A stretch of DNA of 64,000 nucleotides from Candidatus Hermodarchaeota archaeon (GCA_048885865.1 JBHLLF010000002.1:1-64000); one strand, 5' to 3'; positions 1 to 11,040 are shown, counted from the stretch's first letter. The notes: a model not told the origin generated them from the sequence alone. Numbers and translations are program-made.

Positions 1-12
1 AGGTTGTCTGCA

Positions 13-3000
13 ATGAGGAAAGGTGCAATCATCAGTCTATCACTTGTAATCCTATTCTTCCTACCATCTGTCATACCGATGGATGGTTCATCTATGCCGG
101 CCGCGGTTATGCCAACTCCGTTTGATAGTCAAGGACTCCTAGCAGACAGCTCAGGGCCATATACGGGTAAAGGCGGAGCTCTAGACGTATCTTTTCAAGG
201 TTCATTCACTACAAACACTTCTACATGGAGTGCCACTGGGCAAAGCTATGCAGCAGACTATACTCTTGGGACATCCTTCTCAGTTCAGAATGCAAGTACA
301 GTCAGTTGGACTGCTTATGTTTCAGTTTCCCCGCCTGCAGAGGTGGAAGATGTCAGCTTCTCAGTGGACTATCCACGCCTAGAGTGGATTCCTACCGCAG
401 TGACAGACCCACTTGGAGTGTCCAAGACTTATTCAGCAGATTGGACCTTCTCTCTAGGAGTACTAACGGTTTCATCAACCGCTGTCACTACCTACGGCTT
501 ATGGAAGGTCGAGTTCCTAGGTGGCAACCATCTCTATGACATGCTGTTTGATGTGGGAGGAGGTCCCGAAGTTATCACAGCTACTTACGACATAGGACAA
601 GATTTGGAGATTATAGGCACTTCATCCTTCATCAACGGTGGGACTTCCCAACTTGTTTTGACTGACCCAACAGGAACAGTCTGGCAAACAATGACAAACA
701 CCACTTCAGGATTCAGTAGCCATGTCATACCCTCGTTCCAATACAAGAAGGACATTACAATCAATCAGGCTGCAGTGGGTGCAGACTTGGATTTCTTCCC
801 AGTGATGGTTAGCCTAATCGACACTGGTCTACATGATCATGCTCAGTCCAGTGGTAATGATATTGTGTTCGTCCAGAACGGCATGGTTCTCGACCATGAG
901 ATAGAAATTTACAACCCAACATATTCTCCAACCGAAACGAGGCTTATTGCATGGGTAAAAGCCAATGTTTCAGGAACGGTTGATACTGTAATCTCAATGT
1001 ACTATGGCAATCCAATTGTCGGTCCTCAAGAAAATCCTTCAGCGGTGTGGACTTCTAGTTACTCTGCAGTCTATCACCTTGGAGAGAGTGCCACAGATGA
1101 AGCAACAAATGCAGTACATTCTGATTCAACTAGCAACTCATATTATGGAAACCAAAATGGAAATGCAGACGCCACTGGTTTAGTCGGGGTGGGACAGGAC
1201 TTTGATGGGACAAACGACAAGGTAGTAGTGGATTCTTCTCTAGGCTTTGAGCCTATTGGTGACTTGACCATTTCTGGCTGGTTCAAGCTCGATAGTCCTT
1301 TTACATCTAGCTCAGGCACATCACAGGTACTCATGGCGAAATACTTGACAGCCGATGATGACATGCACATTGCACTTGCAGGAACTGATTATAGTCAAGC
1401 TACAATGACAAAAGGCTCATTGGTCTTTAAGATGGAGAACAATAATGCCCAGAAATACAAATGTACACAGAGAATCACATGGGGTAGCTCAAATTGGTTC
1501 TACTTCGCTGCTACAGTAGACGCGGATACACCAAACAACAACCAGATCTACATCAACGGACTTCTAGACACAAACGCAACGAGGGTTGCAGGAGGCGCAT
1601 CATATGGCAATCTGACCTTCCAGGCAGACTGGGAGATTGGTGGTGGATTCACCGATGGCCAGCTCCCTGGAGGACAGGGATTCTTTGATGGCGTGATGGA
1701 CGAGGTTCGCGTGTCAAACACACTTCGTTCTGGGGCATGGCTCCTGGCTGAATACTACAACCTCGCTTTGCCAGGATCGTTCTATTCTGTAGGACTTGAA
1801 TCCGAGAGTTCAGTTGTTTCTCCTAAATTCACAAAAGCAATAGACGCGACAGCCATAGCTGGCCTATGGACAGCCTGCCTTCATTACAACGACAGCGGTT
1901 CCTCCGTGGACCACAGAGTAGGAGAATACCAGAGAGAGTTCATAGTTCAGCATGACTCGACTCTTACTATTGATTCCCCCACCGGAATTGCCACAAAGGT
2001 TGTGGGAGATCTCCTATACATAGTTGTGAATCTGACAGACGATATCACATCTGGTTTCGTCAGTGGCGCAACCGTGACTGCAAACTGGACAGATACAGGA
2101 ACGCCAACAATAGTAACCCTGGATGACTATGGGGATGGTAGGTACGGCAAGGTCCTGAACACTTCTGATCTCCAGGATAACAAGCGTTGGCGAGTCGACA
2201 TTCAGTCTTCCCATCCGTATTACAACGATGCGTCTAGTTTCTTCAATCTTGACCTTACTCATGATACGACTCTGACATATGACTCACTGACGACAACCCC
2301 AGTGGGATGGAGGCTCGAAGTAAGTCTGCTCTATAAGGACATGTTTGATGGGTCACCAATCGCTGGAGCTACAATCAGGTTCTCAAATGGCACCTTAGCT
2401 GATGTTGCCTGGGCTGGTGGAGGGCGATACAATCTTTCCCTATCCTCATTCGGACTTAGTAAAGGAAACCACATGTTCTCTTTCGTTGCTGAACCTCAAA
2501 GCTCCTACCTAGCTGACGGGACTGTTGATGTGACTTTCACAATTCGAGCACACCAAACCGCAGTTTCAGTTTCTGGAGATTTGCTGGTGCCATTCGGTGA
2601 AGATACTCCTCTAACAATCCAGTTGATAGACTTGGATAATCAGACCATAGTTCCTATTGGGAGCGTTTCCGCTTTCACATTCACAACCTCAAGCCACGGC
2701 GTCCAGAGTGATAACTCTCCTGCAGACTATCTCTTTACGCTCGTAACAAATGGGTGGTCAATAACTCCTTCGGAATCTGTTACACTTTCGGTGACATTTT
2801 CGAACTCGAATTATAAGGCTCCTGATGACCACGTTTTCAGCATTGAGATTCGAGCCCATTACACATCTGTTAGCGTGTCTGGAGACCTTGACAAACCCTT
2901 GGGCAACAACACGCCAATTACCGTAATCTTGACTGACCTTGACACTGGTTCTCAGATAGACATTGGGAACGTTGCCTCCTTTTCATTTGCCTCTAGCTAC

Positions 3001-6000
3001 GGAACTCAAAATGAGAATTCGCTCTCTTCATTTGATGTCACTTTGTCAACTTCTGGATGGGCCGTCGGCAGCACAACGGTCACGCTAACTGTGGCTATGT
3101 CAAGCTCCAATTACTTTGCCCCTGCTGCGTATGATTTTGATGTAGTGATGGAGAGCCTTACTATCTACATGTATCATGAACCGAGCAATCTGAGGTTTTC
3201 AACTGGTCAGGACTTCTTCGTGATTTTGAGAGTAAATGTCAGTGAACCAGGACCAAGCTACGGAAGTCCGGTACAAGGTCTTATTCAAGGCGAGTTCTCA
3301 GTACCAGGATATTCCATCTCCATCGACACAACTGACCAATTGATTGGAAGATACAGTCTCACAATCTCAGCTGCGAGTTTCAGTGACGGCTATCACACCA
3401 TAACGGTCTACCTTGATCCGTCCAGTGCTAACTACGCTAGCACGACGCTGGTGATCACATTTAGATATGAACCAGGTCTGGCTGCTTTGTCATCACCAAG
3501 CTATCCCCAAGTCACAACACCATTTGGAACCGATGTCCAAATCTCACTCACCTATGAGGACGCTGACAGTGGTACACCTATCACTGGAGCAACAATCGGG
3601 GGTGATATTCCGACATACGGTCAGGCATATGCTGCAGGCGCATACACAATCTGGATTGATGTTGCAGGATATGCCGAGGGTTCCCATCAGTTCACCCTGT
3701 GGGCTGATGAAGCAAACTACCAGAACAAGACTCTCACATTCACCCTGGTCATCCGATACGCTTTCACCTATGCGCTACCCAGCGTAGGTGCTCTTGACAT
3801 ACCTCTTGGTAATGATCCAGTGTTCACAGTCGATTATCATGACATAGATAACGATGTTCCAGTGTCAAACGATACATTCGAGGTCACAGTCGTTTCTAGT
3901 TGGGGCAACTTCGATGTTGTTTATCTGTCTGGACCAGGGCTGTATGAAATTACATTCAACACAGTTGACACAGATACTCTGGTTCAAAACTTGGTTGTCA
4001 CTTTCACATTCTCACGGCCAAACTACCAAGATGGAGCATTTGCAATTTCAGTGACTATCCGTCCCCATAACACTGACTTCCGACTCGTCAGTGCAGTTGC
4101 ACCAACTACGTTCAATGGAATCATCAATATTTCATTGTACTACGGTGACATCGACAACGCCGCTGGAATTGGCCCCCTTGGGAGTCTTACGATTACTGCT
4201 GAGAATGATTCAGGGTCTGTTTTGTTCAGTACTATAGACGAAGGTGGAGGGTTCTACACAGTTCAAATCGCAGCAAACCAATTCGGACAAGGCCTCCAGA
4301 CCTTTAACATCACTTTTAGCTGGTCTGGTCCAATTCAGAAGTATCAAACAAAATGGCTTGAAGTCAACGCGAATGTAATTGGTGAAGACTCTCGCCTCAC
4401 ACTAATGGTTGCCTCAGAGCCAACTGCCTATCTTGGTATTATGAGCTATGTATTCTTCTACAGCGACCAAGGTAGAGTTGGCATTACAAACGACACATTC
4501 AATGTCCACATCTCAGTGTCCTTCCAAGGGACTTCAGTAGATCTTGGACAAGTCAATATCCAAGAGATAGACAGCGCAACCCAACCCGGCAACTACTCGA
4601 TTGACTTCAATACTACCCTCTTCTCGGCAACTGGACTTTATTACATGAATGTCTACATCAATTGGACTCAGGGTGTAGCTCCATTCTACACCAATCGTTT
4701 TGATGTAATTTCTGTACGAGTGCTACCTCGCGACACACTGGTATCTGTCAATCCTCCATCACCCACATACTATGGCGAAACCGCATGGTTCATTTTCACC
4801 TTTGATGATGTGACTGGAGGAAGCAATGTTCCCATTGCGGATGATCCCGCATTAGACATAACACTAAGTCTTCCAGGCTATAGTGTCAACTACTTGTCGG
4901 GAACGAAACAGTTCAATGTGAGCTTTGACACGAGTCTACTTGGGGCTCCTCTGGGATCCAGGCCTTTCACATTGGATGTCACGTGGGCCGGTGCTCCATT
5001 CTATACAAACCGTACAGGTCGCACAGTTTCTGTTGTTCTCTTGTCACGCCTGACGGTTCTAGATTATCAAGCTCCAGCACCCACACAGTACCAAGACAAT
5101 GTCACATTTACTGTGACTTGGACAGATGTAACGAATGTCGCATCAGGGATATCTATTGATACACTTGTGCTGTATGATGATGCAACTCCAATTCCCTATC
5201 CTACATACTACTCCTGGACTTCACTTGGAAATGGTCAGTACGAAATCACAGTTAATACAACATACTATACAGATCCAGGGTTCTACAATCTGATAGTTGA
5301 ACTCACATCCGCGGACTTCTTCATCTCAGATGTGAGCGCATCTCGGGTGTTCAATGTCAGGCAACGAGTGACACTTCTATCTGCAGAACCTACCGACAGG
5401 CTACCCTACAACTCTACACTACAATTTGTCCTGAACTACCAAGACCTATTGACCCTAGGAGTCATCGGCAATGGTTCCGGGCTTGTGACCTTCGAGATTC
5501 TAAATGCATCCACATGGCTCTACTCAATATCTTGGAATGCAGTCCTTGAGCAATATGATTTCACTGTGGAAACATACAATCATCCCACTCTGGCTATTGA
5601 TACGCCATATGCTTTGGAGGTCAAAATGAGCTATGCGAATTTGGCTCCATTCTATGGTGCCGATACTGCATACATCCTATTTGAGTTGAGATCCAGATCC
5701 ACTAAGATTGTACTTCAAGACACTCCTGAATCAACGGCATATCTGGACTATGCAAACTTCACAGTCTTCTATAGAGACCTTGATGCTGCAGGCTCAGTTG
5801 GCATAGTCGCCGATAGCATTGAGGTGTACAAGGGCGCTTTTACACTTACACAAGGCATAGACTATTTGGTGTCGAACCTCGGCGTCGGAGTCTATTTGAT
5901 ATCTGTAAATACTACGGCTCTAGATGGTCTAGGCACAACGGTGATAGATGTCTTTGCCAATTGGAATCCTTCGAACAGACCGTATCATGACGATGCTGCT

Positions 6001-9000
6001 GTCAGCGTATCAATCGTAACAACCGAGCGAGACGCCAACGTGCAGATTTTGGTTCCTCCGTCACAGACCCAATATTGGGACAATGTGACTTTGACCTTTG
6101 CATACTATGACCTTGGAAGAGGTGTAGAGATCACCAGCATAACAGTTTCAGACATTGAGGTTTGGGCTGACGGTGTGCTTCTAGCCTCAGATGACTTCAT
6201 TCTGACCTCTGTTGGACCCAATTTCCAGCTAGAAGTAAACTCCTCTGTCTTGAGTCCGACTTTGGTAAGCGGCTATAATCTAACAATTTTCGTTGACTGG
6301 AATGATCTTGTTGCACCATACTACCTTGATGATTCGACAATGGTTAGAGTCACTCTTGTCGGAAGGAAAATGACATTTTCAGCTGACCCCATTAGCGATG
6401 CTGACCTCGGAGAGCTCTTGAGCATCACATTCCGCCTTCAGGATCTAGATCAGGGATGGCTGGTAGCTGGTGCTATAATCTCCTTTGATGGCCAGACTGT
6501 TTCTCTGACAGAAGGTGTGAATTATTGGGTTAATGATGTAGGCGGAGTATACACTATCGATGTCGATACCCTGGCATTAGGCAGTCCCGGCCCTTACAAG
6601 TTTGATTTGGATATTGCGTGGAATCCTGGCACAGCCCCATTCTATAGCGCCCTCGCAACAATTGAATTGACCGGTGTTGTTAGAGAGATAGACACCGATT
6701 TGACATTGCTTAGTCCTGCTACCGGAATTGTTGAGGTCTATTGGAAGGATCAAGCGTACGTTGAAGTTTCCTTTGATGACTTGTTTAATCTAGTTGTTAT
6801 ATCCGGAGCAACAGTGAGGTATGACTCAGCCATTGCGAATGGTTTCTTTGATGAATCCATAGCCACTCCCGGGACTTACAACGCTTTTATCTCTACAGAG
6901 AATGCCACGTCCCCTGGAACTCAGGTTGTGACCATAACTGCGAGCCTATCCAATTATGAGACCGCAGTAGCATATGTCACTCTTCTCATAAAGGCACTGC
7001 CGTCAGAGATGATTCCAATTTCCCCGGTTTCTGGGCAGGACTTCATGAGCAGAGGAAGCGCCATAGAAATAACCATCTATCTGCGAGATGACTACATTAC
7101 ACTCGCACCTATAGTAGACTCCAAAGTGCTATCAGTTCTGGCGAGATTTGAAGGACTTGACTATCCACTTGTCTACAACGGCACAGTAGGATATTACGAG
7201 CTTCTCATACCGGCAGATGGCCCAACCATTCTTGACATTGGGACTTACAATGTCCAAATTACAGCGACCTTCAACTTCTATGACCCTGCTACGTATCTTT
7301 TCAGAGTCACACTGACTCAATCAGCCACCGAGCTTCGGTTCACAGGAACCACAGCAGAGGATATGTCACGTGTATACACTCAAAGTGTCAATTTCTCAGT
7401 TATGCTGGTTCTGCCTGATTTTGGAGATGCCCCGTTCTATAATTCTACTATCACGTGGTCCGTTGTTGGTACTGGTCTGTCTGGAACATTGGCAAATCCA
7501 CGAACAGGTTATTATTCAACCATTGTCGATACCACTACTATTGGATACGGCATCTGGCCTATATCCATTAGAGCAAGAACATGGGCCAATGCATCAGAGT
7601 TTGCGGACACATCCATACAACTCACACTGACAATAACGAGGATTCCAACAACTGTTATTCGTCCTGGGAATCTTGATGTCTATTGGGGCTGGAGTGGAAA
7701 TATTGAGTTCATCTACTCCGCGGGTTCATTCGGCAATGTAACAGGTGCTAATGCCCCATTCACATGGGATGTAGTGAGTGGGAATGCAACTGAAGGGCCA
7801 AATGGTCGGTATTTTGTATTCGTTAACACTTCGCTGGTTACCCCAGGATTCTATACCCTAAGTCTCACACTCAGCAAGGAGAACTACCAAGAGGGACCCG
7901 CATCAATATTGATTAGAGTCCTAGAAGTGCCCACATCGATCTTCGTAGACTCAGTCGTCTATACTCCAGCATATGCAGGAGAATTACTCTCGATGACTGA
8001 TTTACAGATTCCTCTTGGCGAGTCGATGGTCATCAATTTATGGTATAATGACACTGATGACTCCGAAGGCTATCTTGGAGGACTACCTGGAGCATTTGCC
8101 ACAGCTAATAGCTTCCTCAGAGGCCCGACAATAGACACACCATTGAATGTTTCTTTGGTTGATTTAGGGCTTGGACTGTATCGAATATGGTTTGACACGA
8201 CAGACCCTGCTATCGCAGCCATTGTCACAGAAGAGCCTTACAGATTCTACATTGAATTGGGCCTGGCGAATCGCAGGATAGCTGAGATATTGATTAGAAT
8301 CGTGGTTATCAATATTCCAACTGAGCTGACTATCATTGGTGACGTACCTGACACGATAATTAATGGGGACACAGTAGACTTCGAAGTATTTCTCAATGAT
8401 ACTTGGCATAATGCTGGGCTTGCAGGACAAGACATTGTGCTGACAGTTGAAGGCGGCTTACAAGGCTTAGTAGGATTGGATTGGGAGGAGATTGGCAGTG
8501 GGCGCTACCGTGTCATTCTCAGCACTGGCGGAATTATGATGAATGCAGGCTCTGGCTTCGTCACAATAAGCGTCGAGATTCCTGGTTATGCCCCTATGAC
8601 TACAAATGTGCTGCTATCCGTCTTGTTGAGCGAAACCGATCGAATGTTTCAAACGGTACTCGTCTTTGGACTCCCAATAAGCTTGGTGCTATTCATTTTG
8701 CTGGGGGCCTACGTTAGGGTTTGGAGTGTACCAAAGAAAATTAGGCAAATCAATGGCCAGATCAAGAAGCTCAGGAAAGGCAAGATGCCTGAACCAATAG
8801 CGGATGTGAAGAGCCGTCGAGAATTGATTGCAGGCCTCTTCAATAGCACCTTTAGCGAATTGAAACTGACAAGAGTCGCATCTCAGATGCCAGAAGAGTC
8901 GGTTCCTATCGAAATTCCAGAAATGGGTGACCTTCTCATCCAATTGGCTATTCTGACGAATCTTGATGCTGATGAGCTTGATGAGTTCAAGGCCGATATC

Positions 9001-9426
9001 TCAAAGATGAAAATCAGTGAACAAGCAGCCTTTGTCCGAGAGGTCATTGAGCAGGAGGCAGTTAGAGCTGCTCGGCGTGAAGGAAAGACGGTTGAAGAGA
9101 TTCTCAATCAAGTTGCTGCTCAGGCTGCTCGCCAACTTGAAGGAGTCGAGGAAGAAATTCCTGCACCGCAGATCTTGGATGTAAAGCCAGAAGTGGCTGA
9201 AGAGGTGGAAGAGCCTATTGTCGGTGAGCCAGAGGAAGCCGAAGAGATGATTGAAGTCATTATGGATGACCGACTCAGCACATTTGAGATCGAGGATATC
9301 AAGATTGAGCTTGTCCGTCGTGGTGTTCCTGCTCATGAGATCGATACAATCATTGAACAGGTCAAGGACTTGCCTCGAGAATTGGTGGACGAGCTGATCA
9401 AGAGCGTAGATCGAAACGAGAAGTAG
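13..9426 (+). CDS. Giant single-pass cell-surface glycoprotein (DUF2341-like + LamG/ConA-like domain + many Ig-like beta-sandwich repeats, C-terminal TM, ~235-aa cytoplasmic tail)
   Basis: Signal peptide MRKGAIISLSLVILFFLP (ATG at 13). DUF2341-like segment YKKDITIN...FPVMVSL...GNDIVF...LDHEIE...AWVK...ISMYYGN. LamG-like segment LTISGWFK...WFYFAAT...IYING...FFDGVMDEVRVS. Recurring ~100-aa units (Y.D.D...I.GA...G.Y.I..NT). TM VLVFGLPISLVLFILLGAY followed by basic residues. Confidence 0.9.
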   Translation: MRKGAIISLSLVILFFLPSVIPMDGSSMPAAVMPTPFDSQGLLADSSGPYTGKGGALDVSFQGSFTTNTSTWSATGQSYAADYTLGTSFSVQNASTVSWTAYVSVSPPAEVEDVSFSVDYPRLEWIPTAVTDPLGVSKTYSADWTFSLGVLTVSSTAVTTYGLWKVEFLGGNHLYDMLFDVGGGPEVITATYDIGQDLEIIGTSSFINGGTSQLVLTDPTGTVWQTMTNTTSGFSSHVIPSFQYKKDITINQAAVGADLDFFPVMVSLIDTGLHDHAQSSGNDIVFVQNGMVLDHEIEIYNPTYSPTETRLIAWVKANVSGTVDTVISMYYGNPIVGPQENPSAVWTSSYSAVYHLGESATDEATNAVHSDSTSNSYYGNQNGNADATGLVGVGQDFDGTNDKVVVDSSLGFEPIGDLTISGWFKLDSPFTSSSGTSQVLMAKYLTADDDMHIALAGTDYSQATMTKGSLVFKMENNNAQKYKCTQRITWGSSNWFYFAATVDADTPNNNQIYINGLLDTNATRVAGGASYGNLTFQADWEIGGGFTDGQLPGGQGFFDGVMDEVRVSNTLRSGAWLLAEYYNLALPGSFYSVGLESESSVVSPKFTKAIDATAIAGLWTACLHYNDSGSSVDHRVGEYQREFIVQHDSTLTIDSPTGIATKVVGDLLYIVVNLTDDITSGFVSGATVTANWTDTGTPTIVTLDDYGDGRYGKVLNTSDLQDNKRWRVDIQSSHPYYNDASSFFNLDLTHDTTLTYDSLTTTPVGWRLEVSLLYKDMFDGSPIAGATIRFSNGTLADVAWAGGGRYNLSLSSFGLSKGNHMFSFVAEPQSSYLADGTVDVTFTIRAHQTAVSVSGDLLVPFGEDTPLTIQLIDLDNQTIVPIGSVSAFTFTTSSHGVQSDNSPADYLFTLVTNGWSITPSESVTLSVTFSNSNYKAPDDHVFSIEIRAHYTSVSVSGDLDKPLGNNTPITVILTDLDTGSQIDIGNVASFSFASSYGTQNENSLSSFDVTLSTSGWAVGSTTVTLTVAMSSSNYFAPAAYDFDVVMESLTIYMYHEPSNLRFSTGQDFFVILRVNVSEPGPSYGSPVQGLIQGEFSVPGYSISIDTTDQLIGRYSLTISAASFSDGYHTITVYLDPSSANYASTTLVITFRYEPGLAALSSPSYPQVTTPFGTDVQISLTYEDADSGTPITGATIGGDIPTYGQAYAAGAYTIWIDVAGYAEGSHQFTLWADEANYQNKTLTFTLVIRYAFTYALPSVGALDIPLGNDPVFTVDYHDIDNDVPVSNDTFEVTVVSSWGNFDVVYLSGPGLYEITFNTVDTDTLVQNLVVTFTFSRPNYQDGAFAISVTIRPHNTDFRLVSAVAPTTFNGIINISLYYGDIDNAAGIGPLGSLTITAENDSGSVLFSTIDEGGGFYTVQIAANQFGQGLQTFNITFSWSGPIQKYQTKWLEVNANVIGEDSRLTLMVASEPTAYLGIMSYVFFYSDQGRVGITNDTFNVHISVSFQGTSVDLGQVNIQEIDSATQPGNYSIDFNTTLFSATGLYYMNVYINWTQGVAPFYTNRFDVISVRVLPRDTLVSVNPPSPTYYGETAWFIFTFDDVTGGSNVPIADDPALDITLSLPGYSVNYLSGTKQFNVSFDTSLLGAPLGSRPFTLDVTWAGAPFYTNRTGRTVSVVLLSRLTVLDYQAPAPTQYQDNVTFTVTWTDVTNVASGISIDTLVLYDDATPIPYPTYYSWTSLGNGQYEITVNTTYYTDPGFYNLIVELTSADFFISDVSASRVFNVRQRVTLLSAEPTDRLPYNSTLQFVLNYQDLLTLGVIGNGSGLVTFEILNASTWLYSISWNAVLEQYDFTVETYNHPTLAIDTPYALEVKMSYANLAPFYGADTAYILFELRSRSTKIVLQDTPESTAYLDYANFTVFYRDLDAAGSVGIVADSIEVYKGAFTLTQGIDYLVSNLGVGVYLISVNTTALDGLGTTVIDVFANWNPSNRPYHDDAAVSVSIVTTERDANVQILVPPSQTQYWDNVTLTFAYYDLGRGVEITSITVSDIEVWADGVLLASDDFILTSVGPNFQLEVNSSVLSPTLVSGYNLTIFVDWNDLVAPYYLDDSTMVRVTLVGRKMTFSADPISDADLGELLSITFRLQDLDQGWLVAGAIISFDGQTVSLTEGVNYWVNDVGGVYTIDVDTLALGSPGPYKFDLDIAWNPGTAPFYSALATIELTGVVREIDTDLTLLSPATGIVEVYWKDQAYVEVSFDDLFNLVVISGATVRYDSAIANGFFDESIATPGTYNAFISTENATSPGTQVVTITASLSNYETAVAYVTLLIKALPSEMIPISPVSGQDFMSRGSAIEITIYLRDDYITLAPIVDSKVLSVLARFEGLDYPLVYNGTVGYYELLIPADGPTILDIGTYNVQITATFNFYDPATYLFRVTLTQSATELRFTGTTAEDMSRVYTQSVNFSVMLVLPDFGDAPFYNSTITWSVVGTGLSGTLANPRTGYYSTIVDTTTIGYGIWPISIRARTWANASEFADTSIQLTLTITRIPTTVIRPGNLDVYWGWSGNIEFIYSAGSFGNVTGANAPFTWDVVSGNATEGPNGRYFVFVNTSLVTPGFYTLSLTLSKENYQEGPASILIRVLEVPTSIFVDSVVYTPAYAGELLSMTDLQIPLGESMVINLWYNDTDDSEGYLGGLPGAFATANSFLRGPTIDTPLNVSLVDLGLGLYRIWFDTTDPAIAAIVTEEPYRFYIELGLANRRIAEILIRIVVINIPTELTIIGDVPDTIINGDTVDFEVFLNDTWHNAGLAGQDIVLTVEGGLQGLVGLDWEEIGSGRYRVILSTGGIMMNAGSGFVTISVEIPGYAPMTTNVLLSVLLSETDRMFQTVLVFGLPISLVLFILLGAYVRVWSVPKKIRQINGQIKKLRKGKMPEPIADVKSRRELIAGLFNSTFSELKLTRVASQMPEESVPIEIPEMGDLLIQLAILTNLDADELDEFKADISKMKISEQAAFVREVIEQEAVRAARREGKTVEEILNQVAAQAARQLEGVEEEIPAPQILDVKPEVAEEVEEPIVGEPEEAEEMIEVIMDDRLSTFEIEDIKIELVRRGVPAHEIDTIIEQVKDLPRELVDELIKSVDRNEK

Positions 9427-9442
9427 AAAATCAATCTCCTTT

Positions 9443-10207
9443 TCAGCTCTCCTCGGTGTTGAGGAAGTGGGAGAGTGGAAGAGTGGTGCCTGATGCAATT
9501 GGCTTTGTCCTTGAGGCTCGTCTAACTGGATACTGTGGATGCTTCGACAGAGTGTACTTGATATACATCTTGGACTCCTCTACGTGCACGTGCACCTGCG
9601 CGCAGCTGGCTAGCGCTTTACCTCCTGCGGGAGTCCTCGCGCTTCTTGGTGATGATGGTGCTGAGATTACTGTGGCTATTCCCCTCTGAAGGGTGAATGT
9701 CATCAGCTTGGTCGCCATGTGGGTGAGTTGTTGGAGTCCCTCCCCTGTCAACCCCTCTGAGATATACAGGTCCGGAAGTCCAGTCACGATGAGAAGTCTC
9801 GCATGGACTCTATCGAAGAAAGACTCGAGTTGATCCATCACAAGGTCGTATGTCTGAGACGCGTTGAATGCTCGAGAGATATAGATCCTGTCCATTGCAT
9901 CCTCTGGCTCAAGTCCGAGGTCGAACGCGTGGTCACTGATTCTCTCTATCTTGATCATATTGGCACTATCGATAATTATCGTTGGACTGTCCGCCCCGCC
10001 TCTGTCATTAGGGAGTTGAGCCTGAACTGCAAAACGGAGTAGGTCATCATGAAGGCTACGTGTGCCGTAGAAGAGGTGTGTGAGGCCCATCTCAATGCCG
10101 CCCCCGAGTAAGTTATCGATTGAAACGTAGCCACTGCTCATTCTTCGTCTCTCCACCTTGTCCGCAGTGAAAAATCCCAGTCTTGTATTGGATTCCGCGC
10201 CCTTCAT
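9443..10207 (-). CDS. RadA/Rad51-family paralog with degenerate Walker A/B motifs
   Basis: SSGYVSIDNLLGGGIEMGLTHLFYG, AVQAQLP..GG, IIIDS and IYISRAFN are RadA-core motifs. No GxxxxGKT, and Walker B reads LLIVTG. Start uncertain (10207 or 10249). Confidence 0.8.
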   Translation of the reverse strand: MKGAESNTRLGFFTADKVERRRMSSGYVSIDNLLGGGIEMGLTHLFYGTRSLHDDLLRFAVQAQLPNDRGGADSPTIIIDSANMIKIERISDHAFDLGLEPEDAMDRIYISRAFNASQTYDLVMDQLESFFDRVHARLLIVTGLPDLYISEGLTGEGLQQLTHMATKLMTFTLQRGIATVISAPSSPRSARTPAGGKALASCAQVHVHVEESKMYIKYTLSKHPQYPVRRASRTKPIASGTTLPLSHFLNTEES

Positions 10208-10322
10208 CTCACACTCGTCCTCCGCTCGAGCGTTTTTATCCACCCCCAAAAAGCGCGAGTGCAGTTGCCACTCACTTTAAATGTCATACCCGCATATGTA
10301 TGTTCTCAGGCCGGGAGGAATC

Positions 10323-10526
10323 ATGGATAAAACGCAGAAAATCAGAGTGTGCCCCCGTTGTGGGAATTCCCAGATACGAGAGGCCAAGACTTCTGTAAGT
10401 GGCTGGCTGGTTCCAAAGACCTACTATTGCTCAAATGAGGAGTGCGGCTATTCCGGTTCCGTCTTTGTCGAGGTCGAGGCGGATGAGGCCGACAAGTTCA
10501 GGCGTGCGATCAATGGCGACAAGTGA
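10323..10526 (+). CDS. Small zinc-ribbon protein
   Basis: CPRCG...YYCSNEECGYSG; GGAGG Shine-Dalgarno just before ATG 10323. Confidence 0.75.
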   Translation: MDKTQKIRVCPRCGNSQIREAKTSVSGWLVPKTYYCSNEECGYSGSVFVEVEADEADKFRRAINGDK

Positions 10527-10596
10527 GAACATTGCTATCTGAACGAAGCAATAGACTCAAAAGTGGGCAAGGAACATCCTGCAGCGGTGACTACTA

Positions 10597-11022
10597 TTGG
10601 TTACGTACGAAGGTTTTGAGTGGCCTGACGATCTGTTCTATACTGAAGACCAGATCTGGTTGAAGAAGGAGGACGGAAAGGTCCGCCTTGGATTTACCAC
10701 TTTCGGCATGGACCTGGCTGGGAAGATCAAATTCGTACGCCTACGACCTGCTGGCAAAGCCATCAAGGCTGGCCGCAGCATTGGCACTCTCGAGTCAGGG
10801 AAATGGACTGGTCCCGTCAAGTCCCCAGTGTCTGGGACCATCTCAGAGGTCAATGATGCTCTGAAGGACAATCCTGGACTGCTCAATGACGACCCATATG
10901 GGGCAGGTTGGGTAGCAGTGGTTGAACCGGATGACCTTGCTGGGGAGATCGGCACCCTTCAAGGAGGAGCTGGTCTCGAGGAATGGGTCAAGAAAGACTA
11001 TGCCGAGAAAAAGGCTCAATAG
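10597..11022 (+). CDS. gcvH: Glycine cleavage H-protein / lipoyl-carrier protein
   Basis: DLFYTEDQIW, GTLESGKW (lipoyl-Lys), SPVSGTISEVN, LLNDDPYGAGW. Confidence 0.88.
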   Translation: MVTYEGFEWPDDLFYTEDQIWLKKEDGKVRLGFTTFGMDLAGKIKFVRLRPAGKAIKAGRSIGTLESGKWTGPVKSPVSGTISEVNDALKDNPGLLNDDPYGAGWVAVVEPDDLAGEIGTLQGGAGLEEWVKKDYAEKKAQ

Positions 11023-11040
11023 ACAAAGACAAAGACAAAC

